Below are positions 24,940-38,400 of a stretch of 64,000 bases of DNA, piece by piece; within the stretch, counting starts at the first letter, position 1; every line of letters begins with the position of its first letter. The position numbers and the translations under genes are program-made. The notes beneath the pieces were generated by a model. That model saw only the letters and a list, made by a program, of their open reading frames with translations. It had not been told where the DNA came from and did not search any database. Origin of the DNA: Psammoneis japonica. Its lineage: Eukaryota. Location: the NCBI GenBank assembly GCA_008632985.1, contig QPGO01000216.1, forward strand, positions 1 to 64,000, written 5' to 3'.

Positions 24940-27900
24940 CACTCAAAGACAACATTTGCAACTGTGGTGCCCCACCCAAGCTTGTCAGCCATCGTGCTCA
25001 AATCAAGATCAGCAACAAGGTCCTTGGCATCCTCAGTGCTCTCTTCATGTCCAGTTGGCAAAGCAAGCCCCACCAAGAACAGCACCAGAACTTTGCTGAA
25101 CACCGCCACCAAACCATGAAGAACATGGCCAACACCATCATGGATTGCTTTGGCTCCCAGGCCCGCACCCACTGGCACACCCCCACTGAAGTGCTGTCTG
25201 GATCCACTCCCGGCATCAGCCCCCTTCTCCATTTTCAATGGAGGGAACCCAAGCACCACCATCTGGATGATTCCAACTGGCCATCTGAATCCCGCAATTG
25301 TTGGCATTGCTGAACATGAGGGCCATCAAACAATGACCAAGATTCTCTCTTACAACACCCAGAAGATTCTTTGTCGGTCTGGCATCCGCTCTGCCACTGG
25401 TGACCCGTCAATGCACAATTTGCATCTTGACACTCTTGATGGGGAGTCTGCTGCACCCATCATTGAATCCCACCATGACTCCAAGGATTTGCTGGATTCA
25501 TCAGATGGGGAGGAGATCAGGATGCCCAAGATGCCAGTGTTCAACCCCGAGGATGTCGTTGGACTCACCTTCCTCATGAAGCCATGACAGAATGGACAGC
25601 ACTGCAGAGCCCGCATCATCAAAGCCATTGAGGATCATGGCTTTGAGATCAGTGACAACGCGGAACTTGTTCAGTTCATTTGTTCAGTCAAAAACAATGA
25701 ATGAGAGGAAATCCTTGCCTGCAATGACATCATCCATCACATGGAGCAAGAAGAAGATGACACCACCATCTGGAAATTCTGGCACATTGTGTGGCATGAA
25801 GGACCGTTGAGACCTCACGACCCCTCCTGGAAAGGCTCAAGCTGCAACATCATGCTTGAATGGGAAAGTGGGGAGATCATGTCTGAGCCCCTTGCCATCA
25901 TTGCCAAGGATGATCCCGTCACCTGTGCCATCTGCGCATGAGAGCACGGCCTCCTCAAAACTGAAGGATGGAAGCATTTCTGCAAAATGGCTCTGCACCA
26001 GAAGAAGCTGTTCCACATGGCCAACCAAGCCAAACTGTGCTCATTTTGCACCACTCATTTGTGGGCATGAAGTGTGTCACATGACTGCAAGCATGCCTTG
26101 GCCCTTGACAAGCACAATGGCAACTGCAATTGGGGAGACACAACAGACCTTGAGACAACTCAATGAGTGTGAGGTCTTCCACGATTGTGGACACCTCAAG
26201 GACTCCAGTGCTCCAGCAGAACACAAGACGAGATTTGAGTGCAGCTGGTCTGTGATGTCAAACACAACGGCAGGCACAAATCATGACTTGTTGCAGATGG
26301 ACACCTCACCGACATGCCCATCGACAGCATCCATTCTGGTGCAGTGTCTCTTTGCAGTCTCCGAATGATGATCTTCCCAGCTGAATTCAACAAGTTGGAG
26401 ATGTGGGTAAATGACATTGGCAAAGCCTGCCTGGAAGCCATGACCAAGGAGAAACTGCATATCATTGCAGGTCCTGAATTTGGAAGTTTGGAAGGACACA
26501 TCTTTGCAATCCACGAGGCTCTGTACAGTCTCCGCAGCTCTGGTCTCAGGTGGCACAAACGCTTTGCCGATTGTCTGCAAGCTGAGGGATTCTTCCTGTG
26601 CAGCGCCCAACCCAACATTTGGTTGCGCCAGAATGGTGACCATTGTGAATGTGTGGCAGTGCATGCAGATGACCTGGCCTTTGCTGTGAAAGATCCCCAG
26701 GCCTTTGTCGACACTCTCACAGAGAAATGTAATTTCAAGCTCAGGGGCACTGGATCACTGGCATTCCACCTTGGTTGCAACTTCTCTCGTGACTCAGATG
26801 GCATGCTGTGCATGGCTCCTTGCAAGCACATTGAGCGCATGGTCAAGAATTGCTCACGCCTTTTGGGGGAGAAGCCTTGCACCAATGTGCTGTCCCCTCT
26901 TGAAAAGGAAGACCACCCCAAGCTTGACAACTCCGAAAGGAAGACCACCCCAAGCTTGACAACTCCGAACTGCTAGAGCCTGAGGGCATTCACCAATTCC
27001 AGTCACATCCCTGGTTGGTTCCCTGCAATGGGGCTGTGTCACTCAGATGCACAGACATCACTGTGGCTGTCATGTCCCTCTCCAGCTTCTGTGCAGCACC
27101 CCAACAGGGCCATTTGGATCACGCCAAATGTGTCTGCAGATTCTTGTCCAAGATGTGACATGGTGCCCTGCGAGTGCACACCAAGGAACCCGACTGTTCA
27201 GACCTCCCCAATCCTGTGTGCAACTGGGCTCAAACTGCACATGGTGATGTGAAGGAACCAATCCCTGAAGACACACCTGAGCCTCTTGGTTGGCAAATTT
27301 CATCACCACAGCCCATTGTTTTGATGTGAACTTGCTCCATTGCATGCTCACTGCATGCTCCATCACATGCATCACTCATTTCCTCAACAAGTTTCTGGCT
27401 GATTGGTTCTCCAAGAAACAAGCTGCAGTCAAGAGTGTGACCTGTGGATCTGAGTTTGTCGCCACTGGGGACACATGTAGAACAGATCATTGATCTGTGC
27501 TTCACATTGCATCACCTTGGCATCCTGACTCACTGCACATGTCACATGTTCGGGGACAACAAGTCGGTTGTGGACAGTGCCACCATCCCACACTCCAAGT
27601 TGCAAGAGAGACATGCTGCCCTCTTGTCCCATCATGTGCACGAGGTGATTGGCTCCGGTTTCCCTAAGCTCCACTTTGTCAAAGGTTCCCGCAACCCTGC
27701 TGACATCCTCAGCAAACACTGGGGCTGCTCCCAGGTTTGGAACCTCCTGTGTCCTCTCATGTTTTGGAATTTTGATCCTGAGGCCTTCAGCAAATCTGAT
27801 TTTGAATCCATTGCTGTGGACTCCTCAAGCAAACTGGGGAGTGACAGGATTTGAACAAGATCTTGGTTTGTTTTGGTTTGTTGCACACAATTGCATGTGC

Positions 27901-28098
27901 TCTCAGCTCCACTCATGGCATGCACGATGCATTTTGCTTTCAAGCCACTCAGCTCACAAGAATGATGACAGCAGCACCAACATCACGACACCAGTTGTGT
28001 GGCTCCTGCAGTGGCATCTGCACAGATGCTCATCTGCAGTTTGGACAGCACCAAGGAGTTGTTGTTTTCTTCCACCCAGTCATCTTCAATTTCTGTCA
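24940..28098 (+). mobile_element. Copia (CoDi-like) integrase-RT-RNase H, PPT and 3' LTR (27842-28098)
   Basis: AVHADDL (YVDD), FGDNKSVV, NPADILSKHWG; PPT aaactggggag; LTR tgacag...ctgtca. Confidence 0.9.
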
Positions 28099-28458
28099 CC
28101 CAGGTTTGGAACCTCCTCCATCCTCTCATGTTTTGGAACTTTGATCCTGAGGACTTTGGCCAATCTGACTTCAAATCTGTCACTGTGGACTCCTCTGGCA
28201 AACTGGGGAGTGACAGGATTTAAACAAGAATCCAATTTGTTGTGTGCAATTTTGTGTGCTCTCAGTTCCGTGCGTGACATGTGACGCAGTTTGCTTTTGA
28301 GCCACTCGGCTCACAAAAATGATGGCATTTGCACCGACATCATGACACTGGTCTTTTGGCTCCTGTGATGGCATCTGTGCGGATGCTTGTCTGCTGTTTA
28401 GACAGCAGCAAGGAGTCATTGTTTTTTTTTTCACCCAATTTCTCTTCAATTTCTGTCA
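28099..28458 (+). repeat. Tandem second copy of the copia RNase H end, PPT and LTR (LTR 28211-28458)
   Basis: Repeats the sequence 27731-28098. Confidence 0.85.
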
Positions 28459-28469
28459 CAGTCACTTGC

Positions 28470-28960
28470 AGCACACAGAGCCCAGAGTCCACTTTGAAGA
28501 AGAAGTCAACTCAATTTGCTGCCATGCCATCAGGGAGTTGGTGGCAATGGGCAAGTTCCTCACAGAACACATGAGGCTGGAATGCAATCTGGCAGATCTC
28601 ACCACCAAGATCATGTGTGGTAGAGTCAAATGAGATGGACTCGTGAACATGGTGCTTCGCGACTTGTGCGATGACTGAGGCACAATCAATCCAGTTCCCT
28701 CATCCCATGAGGTTTGCTGCTGGTCATCAAGGTTCCCTTGTTGCATTGGAGCAGCCAATTGATGCCAGAAAGTAAATTGGGTCAAGCCGATTCCATGCAT
28801 GGACTTGAGTGGACTGAAGAATTTACCATGTGAAATTAGCTTCACAGGAATTTGCCATGTTGAACAAGGAATTTGGCGACTGTGTGCATTTGATGTCCAT
28901 GCACGATAAAGCAGCACGATGTTGCATCCTTTTCTTTTAGTCTTTCCCTGGTGCATGTGA
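28470..28960 (+). mobile_element. 3' remnant of a second copia family (RNase H end, PPT, LTR start)
   Basis: PESTLKKKS..ICCHAIRE..AMG...NLADLTTK; purine tract ttgagtggac at ~28805. The right boundary is uncertain. Confidence 0.65.
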
Positions 28961-29144
28961 CCACAAGGCATTCATTCAGGTTGTTGTGCAATTTCTGCAG
29001 TTGCGTGTCTGCTCAGAACACAGCTCCTCTGTGGGCAATTTTTAACACAACCATTGTCATTGCAGATCACACATCCCCAAGGATGACTTCTACAAGACAA
29101 CAATGGTGCCTCTTGTGTTGTTCTTTGCAAACAACACCTTGGGG

Positions 29145-29660
29145 TTAGGGCGACAGTGGCGGAGGAGGTGGCGGTGGTGGAGGGCTCAGGAGGCGGAAAA
29201 TTGCAATCAGCGAGGGTAAAGCCATTGAAAAGAATGTTTTGGCCACTGCAGTTGGGACCACAATCAGATGTGCACTGCTTGGTGAAGCAGCAAGTGTCGC
29301 TGTTTGGTTGGTTTCTGGGACCGGGACACACGGGATCAAAACCATTGACTGGCGTCGGCCCATTTCCATCTGTGAAATGGCACGAAATCTCCTGGTTGCT
29401 GTTGCCGGAGACAAGGGGATCACAATTTCCCGGGTCGACAGTCGTTCCTTGAAGAACAACAAAATTGTAGCAATCGCAGGCGTGTTGCCGGCATTCCGCA
29501 TCAGTGGGCGGTGTGGGAGGCGGTGGTGGTGGCGGTGGCAGAGGAGGAGGCGGTGGCGGAGGAGGAGGTGGCGGCGGCGGAGGAGGTGGCAGAGGAGGAG
29601 GATGAGGAGGCGGTGGCGGAGGAGGAGGTGGCGGAGGAGGAGGCGGCGGCGCGGTCCGAA
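29145..29660 (-). pseudogene. Poly-Pro plus Cys-rich extracellular protein segment (exon or paralogue remnant; apparent frameshift near its 3' end)
   Basis: Long Pro run with varied codons, then CRQHACDCY...CCFTKQCTSDCGPNC; terminal poly-Pro in a different frame. Confidence 0.55.
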
Positions 29661-30124
29661 GTCGGAAGAGAGTGAACGGGTCATTTGTTGTTTTGCGTTT
29701 CTGATCACAGTTGTCTCTCCATGGATGTTCAATGTGTGTGCCAATTCGTTGTGTTGCATTGTAGTTAGCGTGGTACACCCAGAAAAGCACATTGTCTGTG
29801 CTTGGGTTTTTTGTCGCCCAGCTGAAGCTACGAGTAACCTTACCGGTGCCAGCAGGGCCCTACTAGAGCGAAAAAAAAAAAAATTGTAGTCTACACTTCA
29901 AAAGATAAAGTACTTGTAAGTTCTCCACCTCGACTTTCCGTTTCACGCAAGCTGGAGCTTTCAAGCAGTAGCGTGCACCCAAACTTTGAAATACACCGTG
30001 TGCAATAAACAAAAAATCGGCGCGACATTGAGTAGATTGGTTGTTCGTGCTTCTACTGTATGGTGAATCATCACTCTGAAATTAAAAAAACAATCATGCA
30101 AATCACTAACTGAAGAACTAAGTG

Positions 30125-31631
30125 TTAAGGAGGGCAGTCATCTATTGGACTGGTATTTGGCGTAGCCCTGGGAGGGTTGACGCACACCTGCGGTGCAGAC
30201 GTTGGTCCGTAGGTTGCTGAAGTGGTGCAATCGAAGCCTCCGTCACAACAAAGAGGATCACCAGAATTTTGGCAAATTAGGCCAGTCGTGGCTGCCGCCT
30301 TAACGTCTTCACACGAAGGCATGTTTTCGATCACAACATCTGAAATGACACAATAGGTCGAAGGATACTCTGGGTTGTTTCCTATAGTTTCGCCAGAGAT
30401 ACAACCCACGCCACATTCGGTGCTGCAGGTTACTGTGGCCTGAGCTGCCCAAGCATCCTTGACGCATCCGCTAGTTGCGGGGCAACATTTGGCGCGGTTG
30501 TTACTTAACCCCGTCATTGCCTTATAGGCGTCATCGCAAAGAGCTTTGTCGGCGTCACTGCANNNNNNNNNNNNNNNNNNNNNNNNNNNNNNNNNNNNNN
30601 NNNNNNNNNNNNNNNNNNNNNNNNNNNNNNNNNNNNNNNNNNNNNNNNNNNNNNNNNNNNNNNNNNNNNNNNNNNNNNNNNNNNNNNNNNNNNNNNNNNN
30701 NNNNNNNNNNNNNNNNNNNNNNNNNNNNNNNNNNNNNNNNNNNNNNNNNNNNNNNNNNNNNNNNNNNNNNNNNNNNNNNNNNNNNNNNNNNNNNNNNNNN
30801 NNNNNNNNNNNNNNNNNNNNNNNNNNNNNNNNNNNNNNNNNNNNNNNNNNNNNNNNNNNNNNNNNNNNNNNNNNNNNNNNNNNNNNNNNNNNNNNNNNNN
30901 NNNNNNNNNNNNNNNNNNNNNNNNNNNNNNNNNNNNNNNNNNNNNNNNNNNNNNNNNNNNNNNNNNNNNNNNNNNNNNNNNNNNNNNNNNNNNNNNNNNN
31001 NNNNNNNNNNNNNNNNNNNNNNNNNNNNNNNNNNNNNNNNNNNNNNNNNNNNNNNNNNNNNNNNNNNNNNNNNNNNNNNNNNNNNNNNNNNNNNNNNNNN
31101 NNNNNNNNNNNNNNNNNNNNNNNNNNNNNNNNNNNNNNNNNNNNNNNNNNNNNNNNNNNNNNNNNNNNNNNNNNNNNNNNNNNNNNNNNNNNNNNNNNNN
31201 NNNNNNNNNNNNNNNNNNNNNNNNNNNNNNNNNNNNNNNNNNNNNNNNNNNNNNNNNNNNNNNNNNNNNNNNNATCCTCCCTTGCCCTTGCTGCTTGAGC
31301 TGCTGGGGCTTGATCCTCCCTTGCCCTTGCTGCTTGAACTGCTGCTGGAGCTTAATCCTCCCTTGCCCTTGCTGCAGGAGCTGCTACTGGAGCTCGATCC
31401 TCCCTTGCCCTTGCTGCTCGAACTCGGAAGTTTATAGTCGTCAGTCGAGGAACGGCTTCGGTCCTTACGCTTGCTGTTGGGAGTGGGTTCTATCAGGAGC
31501 TTTCTCTCTCCATGTCGGAGATGATGTCGGTGCAAGCGTCCGTGAACCTCAGATCTGTAGAGAGAATCTTCCGCTGCCGCTTGCAGCAGTGCAGAAATCA
31601 GCAGCAGGAGTGCTTTAACGCGCATCATCAT
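30125..31631 (-). CDS. Secreted silaffin/cingulin-like cell-wall protein: signal peptide, RKL site, (S)n-KGKGG repeats, probable Cys-rich C-terminus across the gap
   Basis: MRVKALLLLISALLQAAA signal; ERKL; at least 4 poly-Ser/KGKGG units; open Cys-rich frame 30562-30125. The join across the Ns is assumed. Confidence 0.7.
30563..31273. other. Assembly gap (711 N)
   Basis: Run of n. Confidence 1.
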
Positions 31632-31997
31632 TGTCTCAGGTCACTGGAACCACACTGCATAAAGAGTTGTGCTTGTTAGCAGGCTGTGAACAAACTCTTG
31701 CTGCAAAGCGGACTATCGTGGTGAATCTTCTCGCGCTGGACAAAATTGTGAGACTTTGGTGACGAACTTTGCGGATTTAGTCGTGTAGCTTTACATTTAG
31801 TCGTGTAGCTTTACATGGAGTCTTGTAACTGACTACAGGGGATCAGGTTTGGCTGCATCGCAGCCCCCTGGAGGTGACACGTGTTTCAGTGGTTATTAGG
31901 GCCCTTGGCATGAACCAGGGAGAGCACAAAAGATGCTGCCGCCTTAACCTACTTAAAATAGATGCTACACACACACACACACACACAGAGTCTTGCA

Positions 31998-32962
31998 AGG
32001 ACTGAGGCGAGCGCGCGGCTACACGAAGTTGTCAGTCCCGCCCACTCGTGACTCAGTGCATTTCTACGGTGAAAATTGCGTGGGAATCCTTGTTCTTTTA
32101 TACGTGAATTAACACCTTTAAGGATGGATCGTCCAGATGAGGTCTGTTTACGCGCGAGCTCGCATTTTTTGGAAAAAACCCGGATTTCTCGTGCTGGATG
32201 CGCGGGCTCGCCAACAAAATATTTTCAGCGACAGGTCGAACTTTGTCCCTTCGAAAGACATCATAGAAGGTGTTGGCGATGGTTGTGACCATGCGCGATC
32301 TTTAGCTTAATGACTGCAGACATGTCTGTGGCCAGTCAAACGCCAATTGTCGGCATTTCCTGGAAAGTTGTGGCTTGTCTCCCAAAGCAGTGCGATTTTG
32401 GCAAAAAACAGCGGTTTGTCGAACACAACAACTGCACCGAATCCGACAATTGGCATTTGAAGGTTGAAATGTGTAGTTCACATGTGGGTCTAACAGCCCT
32501 GATGGGGGCTGGACACACTCATAAGTGTTTGGGGGTGCTCAGAGGCATCGCAAAATGACACGGGCGAAGTGCGGGGAAATTGCAAAATCACGAGCCAATT
32601 AAAAAATGCCTCATCTAGATGATCCATCCTCAAGCGTTAGATGCAGTTACTTTGATGAATTTCGCCAAAATGGTGCCAAGCACTGCATTGCGTGCAAATC
32701 CACGGCACTCCGTGCGATTCGTGTTTTGTTTCGGATGACTTCCAATTCGTCAAAGCAACTGCATGCAATGCCTGAAATAGTTGGTTCAACTGTGAACGAA
32801 CAAAGAATGTACATCAGGTGCAGTTCACATTGCAGTTAGCGGAAGTTGTCTGACCGTTTTTGTCATCGTCGGATTCCTGCACAATTTTCACCGCAGAAAT
32901 GCACTGAGTCACGAGTGGGTGGGACTGACAACTTTGTGTGGCCGCGCGCTCGCCTCAGTCCT
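31998..32962. mobile_element. MITE with ~90-bp TIRs; probable TA TSD (ca/ta); hosts MITE M1
   Basis: aggactgaggcgagcgcgcggc...gggaatcc is inverted at 32871-32962. Confidence 0.85.
32122..32629. mobile_element. MITE family M1, copy 2; TSD ttaa/tcaa
   Basis: Reverse complement of 3630-4140. Confidence 0.9.
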
Positions 32963-33024
32963 TACAATCCCCGCGAGTCGTCCCATCGAAAAATTCAAAA
33001 ATGTGGGTGCGTGCATAAGACGTT

Positions 33025-35021
33025 TTGAATGGCATTGAAGCCAAGGAAGCTTGTGGGACAGATCAGCTTTGCGCTGGACTAGAAGCAGGCATTGAAGGTG
33101 CCGTTCACATGATGAACCCACTCTGGGAGCAACACAAATTCAAAGATGACTGCGGTTTCCTCTTTGTTGATGCCTCTGACGGATTCAACGAAGAGAATCG
33201 GATCCTCATGCCACACAACGCAAGGCGCCTGTGGCCATTGGGTGCAAGGTTCACCTTCAACAGTTACAAGCATTGGAGCATCCTGATCATCCATGGAAAC
33301 TTCGGAACCGCCTTCATTTTGTTCAGCAAAGAAGGCGTCACGCAGGGCGATCCACTTGGCATGGTGGCATGTGGACCAGGCCTTCTTCCACCAGTCCGTG
33401 AAATGAATGAGCATTTCAAAGACACATTCACACCATGGCATGCTGACGACTCTGCAGCAGCAGGAAAATTCGCGACACTGCGAGAATTCTTCCTCAGTCT
33501 CCGAGCCGAAGGCCCGAAACATGGCTGCCACCCTGCTGACAACTCCAAGAACATCCTGGCAGTCCCGGAACGCAACCTGGAAAATGCTGGAACATGCTTT
33601 GGAGATCTGGGCTTTACCATCAAGTCTGGCAGCCGTTGCCTCAGAGGCTTCATCGGAGAGTCCGACGCGCGCGACCAATGGCTGGCGGAAAAAGCCAAGT
33701 CATGGACCTCGGTCGTCCAGGGACTCGCCAAAATCGCGATTCATCACCCTCAGACCACCTGCGCCGGTCTGCAGAAGTCCCCACAACACCAGTGGCAATG
33801 CGTCCAACAGGCAGTTAAGGACTGCGGCGAATCGTTTGCCGACATGGAATGCGCAATGCAGCGCAATTTCCTGCCGGCATTGACAGGCGAGACCCTGACA
33901 GACGATGACCCGAGACCAGCCCTGTCCGCCCTCCCAATCAAATTTTTGGGACTGTCCATCCCTCGTCCAACTGAGTCCACAGCTCACAACCATGAAGCAA
34001 GCACTCTCACGTGTTCCCACGTGATCGACTCACTCCGCGGCCACTCCCAGTTCTCATCCGCAGTCCACAAGGACACCATGCACGAAGTGAAACAAGAAGC
34101 AGCCGATCAAAAGGTTGCAGCACACGGGGAGACCCTCAAAACGATCCTCAGGACCCCACCCGACCTCCAGGCCAGAGCTGTCAAGCGCAGCACCAAGACA
34201 GGCACGTGGCTCTCAGCATGCCCTTTTCGACACTGAATGGCACGGAACTCTCATGCCAAGAGTTCCGCGATGCGCTCTTCCTGCGGCATGGCAGTGCTCC
34301 ACCAGACCTCCTGGAGCACTGCAATGGATGTGGATGCAAATTCACAATGAACCACACTCTTCAGTGCAAGAAGGGCGGCCCAGTCATCTCACGACATGAT
34401 GAAGTCCGTGACAACCTGGGCGACCCAGTGGGCAAGACTTGCAAACCTTCCCACGTGCGCGACGAACCTCCAATCAACCCCACTGGTCACAGCGTAGGAA
34501 GCTCAAGCACTCCCACTGGCTGCCCAGGAAACACTGACTCCAACAAGTCCAAGGATGGCGATCGCGGTGACCTTCTCGGCATGCGATTCTGGGATGGAAG
34601 GACAGACATGGTGACGGATGTTCGCATTCCCGACACGGATGCGAAGTCATGCCTGTCCAAAACACCAGAGGATGTCCCAGCAATGCACAAACGGGAGAAA
34701 AAGCGTAAGTGCCTCAAGCCCTGTCTTGAGCAACGCCGTCACTTCACGCCCTTCGCAGCATCATGCGACGGACTCTTCAGCAAAGAAGCCAAAGCAATGC
34801 TCCGCAAGACAGCCTCGAGACTGTCAGACAAATGGCAAAAGCCATGCTCTGAAGCATGTGGCTACGTCAACACGAGAATGAGCATTACCACAGTCCAGGC
34901 GACTCACCGTTGCCTCCGGGGATCCCGCACTCCCGCCTCTCACATCAGCTCCAGACGACCCCAGTGGGAAGACGGCGCTGGTCTGTCCCTGCACAGACAC
35001 CAAATGACCCCGCCCAACTGA
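33025..35021 (+). mobile_element. 5'-truncated CRE-like non-LTR retrotransposon (RT, zinc finger, restriction-like endonuclease), one frameshift at ~34225
   Basis: QLCAGLEAGIEGAVH, EGVTQGDPL, WHADD (YADD), CxxC...H..C.KGG...RHD, RGDL, DVRI, EKKRK, FTPF. Confidence 0.9.
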
Positions 35022-35357
35022 CTCGCACCCTTCCAGACAACATGCCAACTGACCATCCACCTACAACATCGACATCGTGCCTAGAAGTTGACAAAAACCC
35101 ACCACCACCCCGAAAAAGGCGCCACAACTATTTCAAATTTCGCGCGCACAGCCTACAATCTTGCGCGCGACAACTACCCCTTATTCGTACGACTGCATTA
35201 ACTATATAATACCCACTACTTTTTGTCTTAAGGAAAAACGACACGAATCGGAGTCTTTCGGGAATAAATAATGTCTTCGAGCTTTTGGAATTCAGTCGTG
35301 TTGGCGAGAATGACTTTTAATCAACGTATATACTATATAACAGCTGTTTCACTAAAA

Positions 35358-35450
35358 CGACTAAAAACTGGCGGGAAAGGCTGGTTAGTAGTCGTGCAGG
35401 CGACTAAAACTGGCGGGCAACGGCTGGTTAGTCGTGCAGGCGACCAAAAC
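35358..35450. repeat. Short tandem repeat, ~41-bp unit, about 2.3 copies
   Basis: cgactaaaactggcggg...ggctggttagtcgtgcagg repeated. Confidence 0.7.
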
Positions 35451-38400
35451 AGGTCGGATGCAAATTTTATCTCTCGCATGCACGTGTGCGCTGTCATTAG
35501 ACTGTGTAGGGCCTACTCTCTATCATAGCTACAGTAGCAGAGGTGTGTGCAGGTGTGTGAGAAGTAAGTACTCGTAGAATATACGTAGAATTACTACTGA
35601 GTGAGTTGACATGCGGTGGATTATCCGCCGGTACACAATCTACGTGGTCTACATGAAAGATAAGTTTATGTTTGTCTCTGAAGCTTTTAAACATTATTAA
35701 ATTTTGTTTTGCTTTTTAAATATATACCGTATAATATATAGAAGCCCTTCTCAAAATATGTAAAGATTTAATGTGGTAAAACATCTACTATTACCCAAAC
35801 AAAGTCACTGTCGTATAAATAGATCCCGTGTTCTCCGCGCGCAAACAACACGATAACGCCCAACAACACCATGGCGAGCAACGCGAGCGGCGTTCACTGA
35901 TCTACAAGCTGGGAATACGAGATGCTGTTGAAGTGGTTGGACAATGTTTATGCGCTGCATTCATGGGTCAAGTTGGGTTTCTTCTCACTGCTTGTTGTTG
36001 CGTCATTTTACAACTTTTTTGCCCACGCGTGCCTTTTGTTCTTTTTGTTGCTTCTGCTCTCGCGCCACCAACAGCTGTTCCTGCAGGGTGTGACCAGTTG
36101 CACGGCTGCATCGAACCCAAATGTGCATAACCAACTAGCCCCACCCTGGCTAACTTACAGTTTTGAAACCCTCAGGAAGTCTGCACATCGCCCATGGCAG
36201 CTTCAGCTCCGCGACAGCTGCAGGCACAGCATGGCAGGTGCCATTTTTTTTGCACTGCAGGCAGGGCCCACCCTGCTGTAGAGCATAAATTCACTTTGTT
36301 GCCCAAATGATGGACCATGGCTCTTGCCAACATTGTGATGTTGTGACAACCAGGCCTGCGGGGAGCATTGACCACTTGTCTTTCGCTTGTGGGTGTGGGT
36401 GTGTGCCGTTGCATGCTGTGTTGCCTGTGCGTGCATGGGGCCCTGCCGCCGGGGCCGGCATTGTGGTGGCTGAGTGGTGTGGCCACTGCACCAGTGACGC
36501 GGATGACCATCACATTTGATGTCTCATGCCATTTTTGGGGCTGCAGCTAGGTGCACGGACACTCTTTTTTTCCAATTTATCGCCACAATGGCGAATCGGC
36601 AAATCGCACAAACTCACTTGTTGTTCGATGTGTTTTCCCCAACATGACTTTTTCATGTAGAATTCACGATAAATTGTCTTTGTGTGCAACTGAATGCATT
36701 TTTGAACATGCCATGCCGGCAATCCCAATTTTTCAGAACTTTTGAGCTCTCCTGAAAAACCGTGCCACGCACCCGTCGCAGGGAATTTATCAATTTTTTA
36801 GGATGTCCCCACAACCTCTCATGTCCTCAATGATCATTCTGTGAATCCAAAGAATTCATCTGTGCCAAACAACCCATCCCATTCCAAAATCCGAGGAACA
36901 CACTTTCAAATTCAGACGGACAACCCGACTGCCTGACCCCCCGACTGCCCGACTGCCTCTGCAATCACCAACCACTGAGTGGTCAATGAAAAAGTGTCAT
37001 CATCAACTGAATCAACCCAACCTTTCTCACCCAATCACTCTTTTGCCTGCCATCAGGATCATCATAAAAAGTTGCACTTTTGTTGCAATGGTGTCTGCCA
37101 TCATCAAATCAGGTGGGGTGAATCAAAGCACAACTTTTGACTGCAATCTCACCAAACAATTTTGAAATGACTGGGTGGGGACATCTTCTTCACTCATCTG
37201 AGCAACATGCAGTCATCCAAGTGGCACCTTCAAGAGAAAGATTTTTTTGCATGCTGGAAACAAAGACCACAGAGACTTTGTCCATCAGCAAACAACTTGC
37301 AAACATGACAAAAGCTCTGAGGAAAGGATTTTTGGGCTCTGAGACTCTGACATTTTGAGAACAATTGATTCTGTGTTCATGACAAGCAACAAGCATTCCA
37401 ACATTGTGTTTTCAGCCATGTCAACGGGAAGAGTGCCACCAAGAGGCACATTTTGGAGAGCAAGAACTGGTGGTTAAAAACATGGTTGGCAGTTGCTGCA
37501 CATCCACTCCACCCATCACATCAAGGCCACTCACAAAATGTTGGAGCAGCACAAGCCAAGAAAGCTGCCAGACATTGGCTGCCCTGAGATTTGGCTTTCT
37601 GGTCTCAAAGATTTGTTTTGTGGACAATGTTCACAGCCGCTTGAATTGTTCCTTGTTTTTGCATGTGGGTGAGCATTGCAACATTTCCAGATTAACTTGC
37701 TTCAAAAAGCTCATGTGATGGCGGGTGACTGTGGCACAACTGTGGACATGGCAAAAAAGCAAGTGTCAAGGATGGGGGCATGTGATTGACAGAAGTGTCA
37801 ATTGGAAAGTGAGAGCTCCCACTTCTGCTGCTGCTGCCAATCTGAACAATGCAACAATGGTTTCAGTTTGTGTCACATGCAAAGTCACACATTTATGACA
37901 CCACTGTTGGGGATCGATTGGTGCATGTGTCATCCCCTTTTGCATGACGTTGTGGAAAAACCAATGGGTCTTGCAACAATTGTTGCATGCATGGCACAAC
38001 ACTTGCACAATGAGAACATGGTGCATGATTTCCTCACCATGGTGGAACATGTTGGTTTGATGAGGGTGGAATCATGTTGTTTTTTTGTGTTTCATCGCAC
38101 AAACACAATGTGTTAGCCTTGCCTGATGATGACCATCAGAGGCCCATTTCCATGAATTGTCTTGTGGTCATGCCAATGGACATTGTTTGTGACAAAAAAT
38201 GTGACAGCCTGCACACATGTTCATTTATGATGAATCGAGGTGACATGACATGAATCACGACTGTTTGCCACAAAAGTTGTGATTAAAAATAAACAAATGT
38301 CCGCCCCAGCCAACAAATGTCTGTGGACTTTCTAAAACAGTTGTCGATCCCAACAAGTGGGGTGCTGCCCAACCAGTTGATGATTCCGAACTAGTTGCTT

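Noticed and set aside
29239..29889. Arg/Trp-rich + strand ORF
   Set aside because: Antisense of the poly-Pro tract.
30475..31437. Long + strand ORFs spanning the N run
   Set aside because: Artefacts of the gap and antisense reading of the Ser/Lys repeat.
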